A stretch of DNA of 64,000 nt from an uncultured delta proteobacterium (GTDB lineage Bacteria; Desulfobacterota; RBG-13-43-22), in contig CAWBOS010000013.1 of assembly GCA_963790475.1 (NCBI GenBank), positions 320,001 through 384,000 on the forward strand, written 5' to 3'. Position 1 is the first letter of the stretch. Each line of letters begins with the position of its first letter. The notes below the pieces were generated by a model. It was not told where the DNA came from. It did no database searches and saw only the letters and a list, made by a program, of their open reading frames with translations. The position numbers and the translations under genes are program-made. Below, in pieces: positions 30,868-41,159 of the stretch.

Positions 30868-33765
30868 GTGGAATCATTTCTAAGACAATTAAAAAAAATC
30901 CCTTTGGGGGAGATGATCTGTTTCCATCAAAGGATAGCGGCCCGGCCTTCCCGCTGGGGACATCCTAAGGCCCCCTTTCCGGAATTGATTCACAAGGCCT
31001 TAACCGACAAGGGGATTTCGCGCCTTTATGCCCATCAGGTCGAGGCCCTGGAGAAAATTCAAACCGGGGAACCGGTCATTATCTCGACGCCCACGGCCAG
31101 CGGCAAATCGCTGATCTATGTCCTGGCCAGTCTGCTTCACCTGATTCAGGACCCTGCTTCGAAAGCTTTATACCTGTTTCCGATCAAGGCCCTGGAACAG
31201 GACCAACGGAAGATCCTTGAGGAATGGACCCCCTATCTGCCTTTTTCCGGAAAGCCTCTTTCCGCCATATACGATGGGGACACTCCGGTTTCCCAGAGAA
31301 AAAAAATCCGCCAAAATCCTCCTTCTATTCTGATCTCCAATCCGGATATGCTCCATATGAGCATCCTGGCCTATCACGAGCAATGGAAAGATTTGTTCAA
31401 AGACCTGAAATTAGTGGTCATCGACGAAGCCCATGTCTACAAGGGGATTTTGGGGAGCCATCTGGTGCAAATCATCCGCAGACTGCGCCGGATCTGCCGG
31501 CTCTACCAAAGCGATCCTCAGTTTGTACTCTGTTCAGCCACGATTGCCCATCCTGAACTTTTTTCCGAGTCACTTACCGGCCTTCCCTTTCAAGTGGTTC
31601 AGGAATCCGGTTTCCCCTCCCCGGCCAAACATTTCCTTTTTCTGAATCCGGATATCAGCGCCTCGGTTGTGGGAGCTCGTCTCTTTACCTATTGTCTTTC
31701 CCAGGGGAAAAAAACCATCCTTTTTACCCAGGGCCGAAGGGTAACGGAACTGATCCATATGTGGGTGGAACAGATGGCCCCGGCTTTGAAAGGGAAGATC
31801 AGCTCCTATCGGGCCGGTTTCCTGCCCGAGGAACGGCGGATTATTGAGCGCAGATTGGCCTCCGGGGAATTGCTGGGGGTCATTTCCACCAGCGCCCTGG
31901 AGATGGGCATCGATATAGGCAGTCTGGATGTTTGTTTGCTGGTCGGCTATCCGGGAAGTGTGATCAATACCTGGCAACGAGGGGGAAGGGTGGGACGGAG
32001 CCGGAGAGAGTCAGCTATTATCTTGATCGCCCAACCCGATGCCCTGGATCAATATTTTATCCGCCATCCGGAAGATTTCTTTGAACGCAGTTTTGAAACG
32101 GCGGTGGTTGATCCCGACAACAGTCCCATTCTCAAGGCCCACCTGACCTGTGCCGCAGCCGAGTTCCCTCTTTCGCCCGAAGATTCTTTCCTGCAGCCGA
32201 CCCGGCATCTTCGGGAGATCCGGGAATTGGAAAAAGAAGGGCGTCTATTATTGACCGCCCGCGGTGAAGAATGGATTTCGGCCAAAAAACGTCCTCATCG
32301 GGAAGTCAATATCCGGTCCATCGGGGAAGCGTTTACCATACTCAAAGGAGAAAAAGGAGCGGTGATTGGTACCCTGGACCGCCTGAGGGCCTTTAGAGAG
32401 TGCCATCCCGGGGCCATCTACCTCCATAAAGCCGAATCTTTTCTGGTGGAACGGTTGGAGCTTAAGGAAAAGAATGTCTATGTAACCCGGAAGGAGGTCA
32501 ATTACTACACCCGGATCGTGGCCCAGAAAGAGACCGAGATTATTCAGCGGGAACAGGTGCGGCCGGTTGGGAACTTTCTGGTCAATTTTGGCAAAATTCT
32601 GGTAACCGAAACCTTTACCGGCTATGAAAAACGGGCCATTCACGGACAAGAGCTCCTGGGAGTCTATCCCCTGGAATTGCCTTCCCAGACATTTGAAACC
32701 GAGGGTTTGTGGATTGAAATTGAAGAGGTTATTCAGGACCAGATGAAAACGCAGGGTTTTCATGTCATGGGAGGACTTCATGCCCTGGAACATGGGGCCA
32801 TCGGCATCTTTCCCCTTTATGCCCTCTGTGACCGGGGTGATATTGGAGGGATCTGCTATCCGCACCATCCTCAAGTGGGCAAAGGGACCATCTTTATTTA
32901 TGACGGCTATCCCGGCGGCGTAGGATTGGCCAAACGGGGTTATGAAATAATCGAGGGTCTTTTGCAGAAAACCCTTCACCTGATTTCGGAATGTCCCTGT
33001 GAGGGAGGCTGTCCTTCCTGTATCCATTCGCCGCAGTGCGGATCAGGAAATAAACCTTTAGACAAGCCAGGGTCCATTTACCTGACCCGGCTGCTCCTCG
33101 GGCAAATCCCCCTTACGGTTTCAGAAAAGAGACTCCCCTCGCTGATGGAAACCATAAGAGGTTTCGAATCAGAAGAACCCGATCCGAGAAAACCCCGCCT
33201 CGGTTTTTTTGATCTGGAAACCCAGCGTCTGGCCGAGGAGGTGGGCGGGTGGGGGAATAAACACCTGATGCGCTTATCCGTGGGAGTGGTCTATGATAGT
33301 AAGGACCAGCGATATCATCATTACCACGAGGCGGAGGTCCATTCTCTGATCGAGCACTTGAAAAAATTCGATCTGGTCGTGGGGTTTAATGTTAAAAACT
33401 TTGACTACGGTGTGTTAAAAGGGTATTCTTCTTTTGATTTTAATTCCCTTCCGACCCTTGATTTGCTGGAAGATGTCTATTCCTGCCTGGGTTTTCGATT
33501 GAGCCTGGACCACCTGGGGCAGAAAACCTTAGGAACACAAAAAATGGGAAACGGCTTCCTGGCAGTTCAATGGTTCCGGGAAGGGAAGCTGGAACCCCTG
33601 ATAGAATACTGTCGGCAGGATGTGGAAATAACCAAATCTCTCTTTGAATTCGGGCAAAAAAACGAACATGTTTTATTTGAAAGCAAGGCCGCCCAATTGG
33701 TTCGCTGCCCGATCGATTGGAGTGTTGATCGGATCAATAAAATAATAGTGAAAAGTGACGGGTGA
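30868..33765 (+). CDS. DEAH helicase with DUF1998 (MrfA/YprA/Hrq1-like) fused to an RNase H-like exonuclease (MrfB/YprB-like)
   Basis: Motifs TPTASGKS, DEAH, SAT, ALEMGIDIG, QR.GR.GR and CPC..GCPSC...C. C-terminal FFDLET, GFN..NFD and YC..DV. Confidence 0.9.
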   Translation: MESFLRQLKKIPLGEMICFHQRIAARPSRWGHPKAPFPELIHKALTDKGISRLYAHQVEALEKIQTGEPVIISTPTASGKSLIYVLASLLHLIQDPASKALYLFPIKALEQDQRKILEEWTPYLPFSGKPLSAIYDGDTPVSQRKKIRQNPPSILISNPDMLHMSILAYHEQWKDLFKDLKLVVIDEAHVYKGILGSHLVQIIRRLRRICRLYQSDPQFVLCSATIAHPELFSESLTGLPFQVVQESGFPSPAKHFLFLNPDISASVVGARLFTYCLSQGKKTILFTQGRRVTELIHMWVEQMAPALKGKISSYRAGFLPEERRIIERRLASGELLGVISTSALEMGIDIGSLDVCLLVGYPGSVINTWQRGGRVGRSRRESAIILIAQPDALDQYFIRHPEDFFERSFETAVVDPDNSPILKAHLTCAAAEFPLSPEDSFLQPTRHLREIRELEKEGRLLLTARGEEWISAKKRPHREVNIRSIGEAFTILKGEKGAVIGTLDRLRAFRECHPGAIYLHKAESFLVERLELKEKNVYVTRKEVNYYTRIVAQKETEIIQREQVRPVGNFLVNFGKILVTETFTGYEKRAIHGQELLGVYPLELPSQTFETEGLWIEIEEVIQDQMKTQGFHVMGGLHALEHGAIGIFPLYALCDRGDIGGICYPHHPQVGKGTIFIYDGYPGGVGLAKRGYEIIEGLLQKTLHLISECPCEGGCPSCIHSPQCGSGNKPLDKPGSIYLTRLLLGQIPLTVSEKRLPSLMETIRGFESEEPDPRKPRLGFFDLETQRLAEEVGGWGNKHLMRLSVGVVYDSKDQRYHHYHEAEVHSLIEHLKKFDLVVGFNVKNFDYGVLKGYSSFDFNSLPTLDLLEDVYSCLGFRLSLDHLGQKTLGTQKMGNGFLAVQWFREGKLEPLIEYCRQDVEITKSLFEFGQKNEHVLFESKAAQLVRCPIDWSVDRINKIIVKSDG

Positions 33766-33887
33766 CCGGAAAATTCAGGGAATCTGTGAAACGGGGAAGG
33801 GGTGAAACGGAGAGAAGAAACATCACTCCGATTCCCCGATTCCCCGGTTCCCCGGTTCCCCGGTTCGTCACTCGTCACACGTCACCA
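33754..33887. repeat. Nested inverted 7-mer and 8-mer tandem repeats
   Basis: gtgacgggtgac ... gtcactcgtcacacgtcac encloses gaaacgggga/gaaacggaga ... (g(a/g)ttcccc)n. Confidence 0.75.
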
Positions 33888-33910
33888 TTTTTTGAGAGGA
33901 GGTAAACCCT

Positions 33911-34291
33911 ATGCCGATTTATGAATACGAATGCCGGGATTGTCATAAAAGGTCCTCATTCCTAATCATGAATCTGGAAAAAGAGATTCCTGAGTTGCGT
34001 TGTAAAAAATGCCATTCCTCCGCTTTGGACCGGATTGTTTCCCGGGTGAATGTCGTTAAATCCGAAGAGGCCCGGATGGAAAGTCTGGCCGATCCCTCCA
34101 AGCTGGGGGGGCTGGATGAAAATGACCCCAAGAGCGTGGCCAGGTGGATGAAAAAGATGGGCAAAGAAATGGGTGAAGAGATGGGTGGAGAAGATTTTGA
34201 TCAGATGGTCGATGAGGCCATGATCGAATCGGAAAAGGGGCTGGGTCCCGAAGGGGAAGGAAGCCCCTCTGATTTTGGAGACGATTTATAA
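33911..34291 (+). CDS. FmdB-family zinc-ribbon protein with acidic C-terminal extension
   Basis: MPIYEYECRDC...CKKC, then DENDPKS.ARWMKKMG. Confidence 0.88.
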   Translation: MPIYEYECRDCHKRSSFLIMNLEKEIPELRCKKCHSSALDRIVSRVNVVKSEEARMESLADPSKLGGLDENDPKSVARWMKKMGKEMGEEMGGEDFDQMVDEAMIESEKGLGPEGEGSPSDFGDDL

Positions 34292-34294
34292 GAT

Positions 34295-34451
34295 GATGGA
34301 CTTGTAAAAAGTCGCCTGGACCGTTCACCCCGGCGAAAGCCGGGGTCCAGAAGAATATAACTTTTTCAATCACTGGATTCCGGCTGGAGTCTATCCCGCA
34401 CTTGATGCGGGACCGGAATGACGAAAACGGGTTTTCTGCGACTTTCTGCAA
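34295..34451. mobile_element. MITE/REP-like composite palindromic element
   Basis: Outer inverted repeat TTGTAAAAAGTCGC / GCGACTTTCTGCAA. Inner CCCCGGCGAAAGCCGGGGTCCAG and CTGGATTCCGG...CCGGAATGAC. Confidence 0.65.
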
Positions 34452-34528
34452 CCCTGTTAAAGATCAGAGTTTCTTAATTCTGACTTCTAAGCTTATGATA
34501 TTTACTCTAACCAGGATATAGTTCACCG

Positions 34529-36313
34529 ATGGCTTTTCAAAATAAAGTCGGTTTTAAATTAATCCTTATCTATTTGTTTTCTCTGGTCCTGGCCCTGTCC
34601 GCTGTTATGGTGGTAGCCGAATCCATCATAACCCAACAGATCCATAGGCGGCACCAAAAGAGACTGGACGCCCTGACCGAGAAAATCTTTTTCAGTCTGG
34701 AAAAACAAAAGGACCAAATCCGGTTATTGGCCACGGCCATCGCCAATTTCGGACGAATGGGCCCATTGGTTGCCAAAGAAGACAAAAGGAATATTCGGAC
34801 TTTGGTCTATTCGGTTTTTCAAGAGTCCGACCTGGACGTTTTATTTGTCCTCGGGCAGCAGGGGAAAGAACTGGTTCAACTGGAATCGGATGATTTTCAC
34901 AAGTTGGAGCCGGAGGAAAGCCGTCAAATAAAGAAGGCTATTCTCGGATCCTACGGCGTCCGATTAAGCAAATGGGAACATGGGATTTTTGTCAGCGGCA
35001 GTTCCCCGATTTACAATGAACAAGAATTAACCGGCCGGGTCTATGCCGGGGTCTTGATCGACAACAGCTATCTGGATGAATTGGCTAAAGGGATGGACAC
35101 CTTTATGGCCATTGTCCGGGAAGGAAAGGTCATTGCCAGCACCTTCACTAAAAAAGGGGGGGAAGGTGATGAATTGGAATTTTCCGAGGATGTGCTTCAG
35201 GACATCAAGGCCATGATGGGTCAGTCTCTGCCGGTTGTGGTGGAAGAAAAATCTTATACTATGAAATCCCTGCCTTTGAGAGATCGGGGAGGTGACATCT
35301 CTGGTTTTTTGGTCATTGGCCTTTCGAGAGTGGAATTGAATCAAACGGTTAGTTCCCTGCGCCGGACTATCCTGGGGGTGGGGGGCGGAGGGGCTTTACT
35401 CGGAGTCCTTTTGATGATTTTCCTAAGCTCAAGAATGAGGCGGCAAATCGTCCTTCTTTCAGTAGGGACCGAGAGGGTTACCTCCGGGGATCTTAAAAAA
35501 CCAATCCCGGAAATCAGCAAAGATGAACTGGGTGTTCTGGCCCGCTCTTTTAACCAGATGGCTCAGACTCTGGAGGAACGGGACCAGGTCCTCCGGGAAG
35601 AGAAAGAAAAAATTCTGGCCAATGTGGACTTTCTTTCCATGATGGTCCATGATATCAAAGCCCCCATGGCCGGAGTCAGTTTGATGATTGAAACTTTATT
35701 GGAAGAAAATCTTTCTAAAGAAATCAAACAACGCCTGGCCGGAATGGGGGAAAGCATCGAAGAATTATTGGGTCATCTTTATAATGTATTGACCATCTCC
35801 AAGATTGAAAAAGGACCATTTACCCTTAAATTAGAACCGGTAGACCTCAATGCTTCTGTGGCCTATGTCAGTTTCCAGTGTCGGGTGATGGCTGACCGAA
35901 AGGGGATTCAGGTTCTGGAGGACCTGGCCCAGGACCTGCCGGCCTTGCAGGCCGATGAGTTTTACCTGGAACGGCTGATTTATAATCTCTTGATCAATGC
36001 TATCCATTGGACCCCCCGGGAAGGATGCATTACCATAAAGACAGAGTTCCGGCAGGAAGAAGGAAAAAGGACGATCACCTTGGAGGTGGCCGACAGTGGC
36101 CCGGGAATTTCTCCGGAACTAAAATCCGGTCTCTTTGAAAAATTCATTTCTCAACCGGAAAAAGGGGATTTAACCGGGACCCACTCCGGGTTGGGCTTGC
36201 ACATCTCCCAATCCATAATCCAGGCTCATGGCGGGACCCTGCGGGAGGAGGGAAAATCCGGGGAAGGGGCGCGATTTATCTGTATTTTCCCCATCAACGA
36301 AAGTGATGCATAG
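34529..36313 (+). CDS. HAMP-domain sensor histidine kinase
   Basis: Two TM helices, HAMP (DELGVLARSFNQM), H-box VHDIKAP, N box, DSGPGI and GLGL. Confidence 0.92.
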   Translation: MAFQNKVGFKLILIYLFSLVLALSAVMVVAESIITQQIHRRHQKRLDALTEKIFFSLEKQKDQIRLLATAIANFGRMGPLVAKEDKRNIRTLVYSVFQESDLDVLFVLGQQGKELVQLESDDFHKLEPEESRQIKKAILGSYGVRLSKWEHGIFVSGSSPIYNEQELTGRVYAGVLIDNSYLDELAKGMDTFMAIVREGKVIASTFTKKGGEGDELEFSEDVLQDIKAMMGQSLPVVVEEKSYTMKSLPLRDRGGDISGFLVIGLSRVELNQTVSSLRRTILGVGGGGALLGVLLMIFLSSRMRRQIVLLSVGTERVTSGDLKKPIPEISKDELGVLARSFNQMAQTLEERDQVLREEKEKILANVDFLSMMVHDIKAPMAGVSLMIETLLEENLSKEIKQRLAGMGESIEELLGHLYNVLTISKIEKGPFTLKLEPVDLNASVAYVSFQCRVMADRKGIQVLEDLAQDLPALQADEFYLERLIYNLLINAIHWTPREGCITIKTEFRQEEGKRTITLEVADSGPGISPELKSGLFEKFISQPEKGDLTGTHSGLGLHISQSIIQAHGGTLREEGKSGEGARFICIFPINESDA

Positions 36314-36316
36314 CTT

Positions 36317-37741
36317 ATGGCCCAGATATTAGTAGTTGACGATGACCTTAATACCTGCCTGTCATTGACCGCCGCTTTGAGTAAGGAAGGACATCAGGTT
36401 CTTGAAGCGCATTCCGGTAACGAGGCCCTGGAAAAAATAGGCCTTCAGGAAGTCGACTTAACGATCATCGATTTAATGATGCCGGGCATGAACGGATTGG
36501 AATTTTTTCAATCCATGAAAGCCCTGCACCCTGAAGTGGTGGCGATCATGATTTCCGCCCGACCTACCGTGGATGTGGCGGTAAGCGCCATCAAAAGCGG
36601 AATCTATGATTTCATTACCAAACCCTTTAAATTAGGGGAGATTAAAAAGGCCGTAGCCAAAGCGCTGGAGGCCAAAAGCCTGCTTTCGGAAAACAGACGC
36701 CTGCGCCAGGCCCTGCGGGAGAAGGCTTCCTTTTCCAAAATTATCGGCAAAAGTCCGGCCTTTATGCAAATCATAGACCTGATTCCCAAGGTGGCTTCGA
36801 CCCGCAGTACCGTGCTATTGTCCGGCGAAAGCGGGACCGGAAAAGAAATCATCGCAGAGGCCATTCATTTTGCCAGTCCCCGAGGGGAAGGCCCTTTGGT
36901 GAAAATCAACTGCGGGGCATTGTCGGAAAGCTTGCTGGAATCGGAATTGTTCGGTCATGAAAAAGGGGCCTTCACCGGGGCCCATCAACAGAGGATGGGC
37001 CGTTTTGAAATGGCCAACGGGGGGACCCTTTTCCTGGACGAGATCGGGGAAATGAGTCTGGGAATGCAGGTCAAACTCCTTCGGGTGCTCCAGGACGGGT
37101 CTTTTGAACGGGTGGGAAGCAGCAGGACCATTCAGGTGGATGTACGGATTATCGCCGCCTCCAACCGGGATTTGGAGCGGGAGGTCAAAGAAGGGCGTTT
37201 CCGCCAGGACCTCTTTTATCGTTTAAATGTCATCACCCTCGAAATCCCCCCTTTGAGGAAACGGATTGAGGATATCCCTTTGCTGGCCGGATATTTTTTA
37301 AACAAGTACTCTGAAATGAACGGGAAAAACATCTTAGGCTTGTCACCGGAGGTCCATCAGATATTAAGTAATTATCCCTGGCCGGGAAATGTGAGGGAAC
37401 TGGAGAATGTTGTTGAAAGGGCGGTTTCGCTTTGTACGGCTCAAACGATTGAACTCCCCGACCTCCCCCCCAGGCTTAAACTTGAAAGTACGATTGAAAG
37501 GGCGGTTTCATTTGGCCAGACCCAGGAGATTGATATGCCGGCGGTCCCGCTTCCAAGGCCCGAGGCGCCTTTTGCCGGCAGTTATTTAGTCATTCCTTTA
37601 GGGATATCTTTAGATAAAATCGAACAGACCGTCATCGATAAAACGCTGGCAAAGACCCAAGGGGACAAAAAAGCTGCCGCCCGTCAGTTGGGAATCAGCC
37701 TTTCCAGTCTCTATAATAAACTAAACCAAAAGGAATCATAA
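36317..37741 (+). CDS. Sigma54-dependent response regulator (NtrC family)
   Basis: Receiver domain, [31 protein letters not shown] and Fis-type HTH. Confidence 0.95.
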   Translation: MAQILVVDDDLNTCLSLTAALSKEGHQVLEAHSGNEALEKIGLQEVDLTIIDLMMPGMNGLEFFQSMKALHPEVVAIMISARPTVDVAVSAIKSGIYDFITKPFKLGEIKKAVAKALEAKSLLSENRRLRQALREKASFSKIIGKSPAFMQIIDLIPKVASTRSTVLLSGESGTGKEIIAEAIHFASPRGEGPLVKINCGALSESLLESELFGHEKGAFTGAHQQRMGRFEMANGGTLFLDEIGEMSLGMQVKLLRVLQDGSFERVGSSRTIQVDVRIIAASNRDLEREVKEGRFRQDLFYRLNVITLEIPPLRKRIEDIPLLAGYFLNKYSEMNGKNILGLSPEVHQILSNYPWPGNVRELENVVERAVSLCTAQTIELPDLPPRLKLESTIERAVSFGQTQEIDMPAVPLPRPEAPFAGSYLVIPLGISLDKIEQTVIDKTLAKTQGDKKAAARQLGISLSSLYNKLNQKES

Positions 37742-37886
37742 ATCGGGGCAAAGATTGTCAAACTTTTTCTGTTGCGCCTTACGAGTTTTTAGGGAAAGAG
37801 TAGGCCTTTTTTAATTTGCTACCCGCACTCCGTAAGAGTATTTATTTTTGAGAAAAATTCTCGAGATTAAAAGGTGTTTAAATCGA

Positions 37887-40800
37887 ATGGCCTTTTTTCA
37901 AACCCTTCTTCTGGCTTTGCTGGTTTGGGTCCTGACTTTCCCCGTCGGACAGGGTGAACTTTCGGCTGCGTCCAACCCCAAAACCAAAACAACCAGGGAA
38001 ATGCCCGGAGTGGAAACCAAGGTCAAACAGGTGCCTGGCGATAGTCCTTTCAAGGTTCCTCTCTGGAAAATCCATTGGGAGAAGGCCCGTCAATCAGTCC
38101 TCCTGAAAAAATATCCGGAGGCCGTGCTGGATTTTCAAAAAGCCCTGGCTTTGAAACCGAATCTGGATGAGGCTCGGTTGGAGTTGGCCCAGGTTCTGGT
38201 TACCCAGGAGCGATGGGGAGAAGCGGTCACCGAGCTGGAGGCGGTTGCTGAGCACCAGCCGCTCAATCAGAAGGTCCAAAAAGATCTGGCCGATCTCCTG
38301 TCTCGAAAAAAGGAGTTTCGCCGGGCTATTGAACGGTACCAATGGCTTTTGCAGAGGGATCCGGATAATCTGCAGATCCGTTTATCTTTAGCCTCCGACT
38401 ACTTTCAAATTAATGAATTGGAAAAGGCTTTGATTGAATGGCGTCAGGTGCTTATTCGAGATCCCCAGCATGTTGAGGCCAGGACCCACCTGGCTGAAGT
38501 CTTAGCCGCTACTCGGCGGCTGGATGAATCCATCATTCTCCTGGAAGGCCTGGTTAAACAATTTCCCAAACAATCCAGTTTGAAGAAGAAGCTGGCCCAG
38601 GTCCTGATATCGGCCCAAAGAAATAAAGAGGCCCTGCCCTACCTTCAGGAACTGAATCGGCAAGAGCCGGGAGAACCGGAAATCCAATTGATGTTGGCCC
38701 AGGTCCTGTCTGCCGGAAAGCAATACGATCAGTCCCTGACCTATCTGGACGCTTATTTGAAGAAGAAACCGGACCAGAGCAGTGCCCTCATCGAAAAGGC
38801 CCGGGCTTTATTATTTACCGGAGATTATTCTCAGGCTTTGGAAATTTATGAAAGGCTCAGGAAAATAGAACCCAACAACGTAGATCTTCAACGGGAGATC
38901 GCTGAGGCCTATTTTTCATCCGGGAAAACCAAAGAGGCCCTTTCGGAATATCAAAAATTGGCAAAACAGTTTCCCAATGAATATCAACTCCACGAAAAAA
39001 TCGGAGAATTGTACCTTCAAAACAAAAATTACAGCCAGGCCGTTTCTCCTTTCCAAAAGGCCTTGTCCATCGAACCGGAAAACAGTGTTGCTCATTTGAA
39101 TTTGGCCAGGGCCTATAATTTTTCAGGGGAGAAAGAAAAGGCCCTGCCCCTTTACCGTGAACTCTTGTCCCGAAGAAATGATTGGAAAATACAGGTTGAA
39201 ATGGCCGATCTTTTGTTCGATATCCGGCAATTTCCTGAGGCCTTTTCAATTTTTCAACAGATATTGAAAGAACATCCGGAGCTTTGGGAAGTCCGTTTCA
39301 AATTAGCTACCGGTTTGTACCACCAGAAGGAATTCGACCTGGCGGCCCGAGAACTGGAAATCTTGATCCAGACAAAACCCGACAATGCCAGCATCTGGAT
39401 TTTGGCCGGTTATAATGCCCTGGATCAAGGAGATTATCCCCAAGCCCATAAGGCCTTCCAAAAAGTGCTGACTTTAGGAGAAGACCAGGGGAATACCCTG
39501 CTCAGACTGGGGGAGATCTCCCGATTGCAGGGTCGTCCCTGGAAGGGAATCAGCTATCTGGATTGGGCCCTGACCATTAAACCTGGCGACCAGGAAATCC
39601 TGATTGAAAAGGCCATGGCTCTGACAGACGGCGGAGGATGGTCCCTGGCTCGTAAAATCCTGGAACCTATGATCCAAAATAATCCTGATAGCTTTAAGGT
39701 TCAACGGGCCTGGACCTGGTTAATGGCCGCCCTGGACCGGAGAGATGAATGTGAGGCTGGCTGGGAAAAACTGGAGAGAAGTTTTCCCTTGGAACAAGAC
39801 CTGATATTTAAGGATCGGGCGGATTTCTATCTTCGAAAGAAAAAACCGGAGCTGGCCCTGACCGCCCTGAGAGCCGCCCAGATAAAAAACCCTAAAAATC
39901 TGGAAATTCAGAAAAGAATCGGACGGCTTTTGCTCCAAATGAGGCAGTGGGAAGAGGCCGAGATCTTTTATCAGAATCTGGAAAATAATAACATCCTGTT
40001 AAATGAGGTTTATCTGGCTCAAGCCCTACTCCTGATCCGCCGGGGGAAAAATGATCCAGCCAGGGAATACTTATGGAAGGCGTTGATAAAAGCCCCGGAT
40101 TCGGTGAGGGTCCGTTTCTGGTTATGGCGTGTTCTGAACCAGGGAGACATGGGGAGCGAAGAGCTGAAAAAAATTGAGGAAGTCCTGTTTAAATTTGCCC
40201 GATCACAGGAGGGCGGTATCCTGGAACTGGCAGAGGGTTATCAGGAGATCGGGGACTGGAAAAAGGCCTACGCCTCCTACCTCGAGCTGATCGAAAAAGG
40301 GGAGGAGGATGACGATGTCCTTTTGTCCGCCAACCGAATCTCGGATTTCCTTTTGGTCGCGGAGAAAGCAGAACCCCTTCAGGAGATGCTGGAAGATCTG
40401 CAAAAAAGATTTCCCCGAAACCAGGGGATCACTCGCCGGTTAATTGAGTATTACACCCGGGAAAAGGAATATGGACCGGCGGTAAAAGCCATTGATGCAT
40501 TGCTGAAGGTGGAAGATCCCCTTGATCCGGTATTGATGGTCCATAAGGCCCGTCTCCTGGAACGGTGGAATAAACATTCGGATTCCCAGACCACTTATCA
40601 AAAACTGCTGGACCCGCCTGTGGATTTGCTATTCCGGGAAAAGGTCAACGAACTTATTTTAAAGCAGGACAACGTCGATGATTCTTTTTTGAAGAAAATC
40701 ACAGGAACCGAGAAGACCGCTTTTGTTAATTCCTTTTATGAGGAAACCAAAAGGAAGATGGAGTTTCTTCCATTGGAGCCTAACTTGAAAGACAGGTTGA

Positions 40801-40994
40801 AAACCATCGTGGATGATTTTAAAGCCAAGGCCTTGATCCAAAAGAAGGTGTTCCTGGAAAAAGAGGGAAAAGACTATTTGTGGAGAAATCAATTTCTCCA
40901 GGCCAGACCCCTACTGGAAGAATTGAAAGACATCGATCCTGATAATGAAGAGGTGCATCCGGATATAGACAGAGCCTATCGGAATTTAAATTAG
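37887..40994 (+). CDS. Large TPR-repeat protein, probably exported
   Basis: N-terminal hydrophobic segment followed by many TPR-like repeats. Start is uncertain (37848 or 37887). Confidence 0.85.
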   Translation: MAFFQTLLLALLVWVLTFPVGQGELSAASNPKTKTTREMPGVETKVKQVPGDSPFKVPLWKIHWEKARQSVLLKKYPEAVLDFQKALALKPNLDEARLELAQVLVTQERWGEAVTELEAVAEHQPLNQKVQKDLADLLSRKKEFRRAIERYQWLLQRDPDNLQIRLSLASDYFQINELEKALIEWRQVLIRDPQHVEARTHLAEVLAATRRLDESIILLEGLVKQFPKQSSLKKKLAQVLISAQRNKEALPYLQELNRQEPGEPEIQLMLAQVLSAGKQYDQSLTYLDAYLKKKPDQSSALIEKARALLFTGDYSQALEIYERLRKIEPNNVDLQREIAEAYFSSGKTKEALSEYQKLAKQFPNEYQLHEKIGELYLQNKNYSQAVSPFQKALSIEPENSVAHLNLARAYNFSGEKEKALPLYRELLSRRNDWKIQVEMADLLFDIRQFPEAFSIFQQILKEHPELWEVRFKLATGLYHQKEFDLAARELEILIQTKPDNASIWILAGYNALDQGDYPQAHKAFQKVLTLGEDQGNTLLRLGEISRLQGRPWKGISYLDWALTIKPGDQEILIEKAMALTDGGGWSLARKILEPMIQNNPDSFKVQRAWTWLMAALDRRDECEAGWEKLERSFPLEQDLIFKDRADFYLRKKKPELALTALRAAQIKNPKNLEIQKRIGRLLLQMRQWEEAEIFYQNLENNNILLNEVYLAQALLLIRRGKNDPAREYLWKALIKAPDSVRVRFWLWRVLNQGDMGSEELKKIEEVLFKFARSQEGGILELAEGYQEIGDWKKAYASYLELIEKGEEDDDVLLSANRISDFLLVAEKAEPLQEMLEDLQKRFPRNQGITRRLIEYYTREKEYGPAVKAIDALLKVEDPLDPVLMVHKARLLERWNKHSDSQTTYQKLLDPPVDLLFREKVNELILKQDNVDDSFLKKITGTEKTAFVNSFYEETKRKMEFLPLEPNLKDRLKTIVDDFKAKALIQKKVFLEKEGKDYLWRNQFLQARPLLEELKDIDPDNEEVHPDIDRAYRNLN

Positions 40995-41038
40995 ATTCAT
41001 ATTCCCTTAAATCTGAAAATTCTTCTCTAACCTAAACA

Positions 41039-41152
41039 CGGTTACGGTTTGCGGGCTTTGGGTTGCGAATAAAGAAAGCATAATCCTTTCTCTAAAAACT
41101 CGTAACGCACAACTCGCTGCTCACCAATGAGAAATTTCAAATATCTTTGGTC
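41039..41152. repeat. Inverted heptamer arrays (GGTTACG-type / CGTAAC-type)
   Basis: cggttacggtttgcgggctttgggttgcg ... actcgtaacgcacaactcg, between convergent genes. Confidence 0.55.
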
Positions 41153-41159
41153 AGCCTTT

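Noticed and set aside
37742-37886. Sigma54 promoter upstream of the TPR gene
   Set aside because: The GG and TTGC candidates do not have the required -24/-12 spacing.
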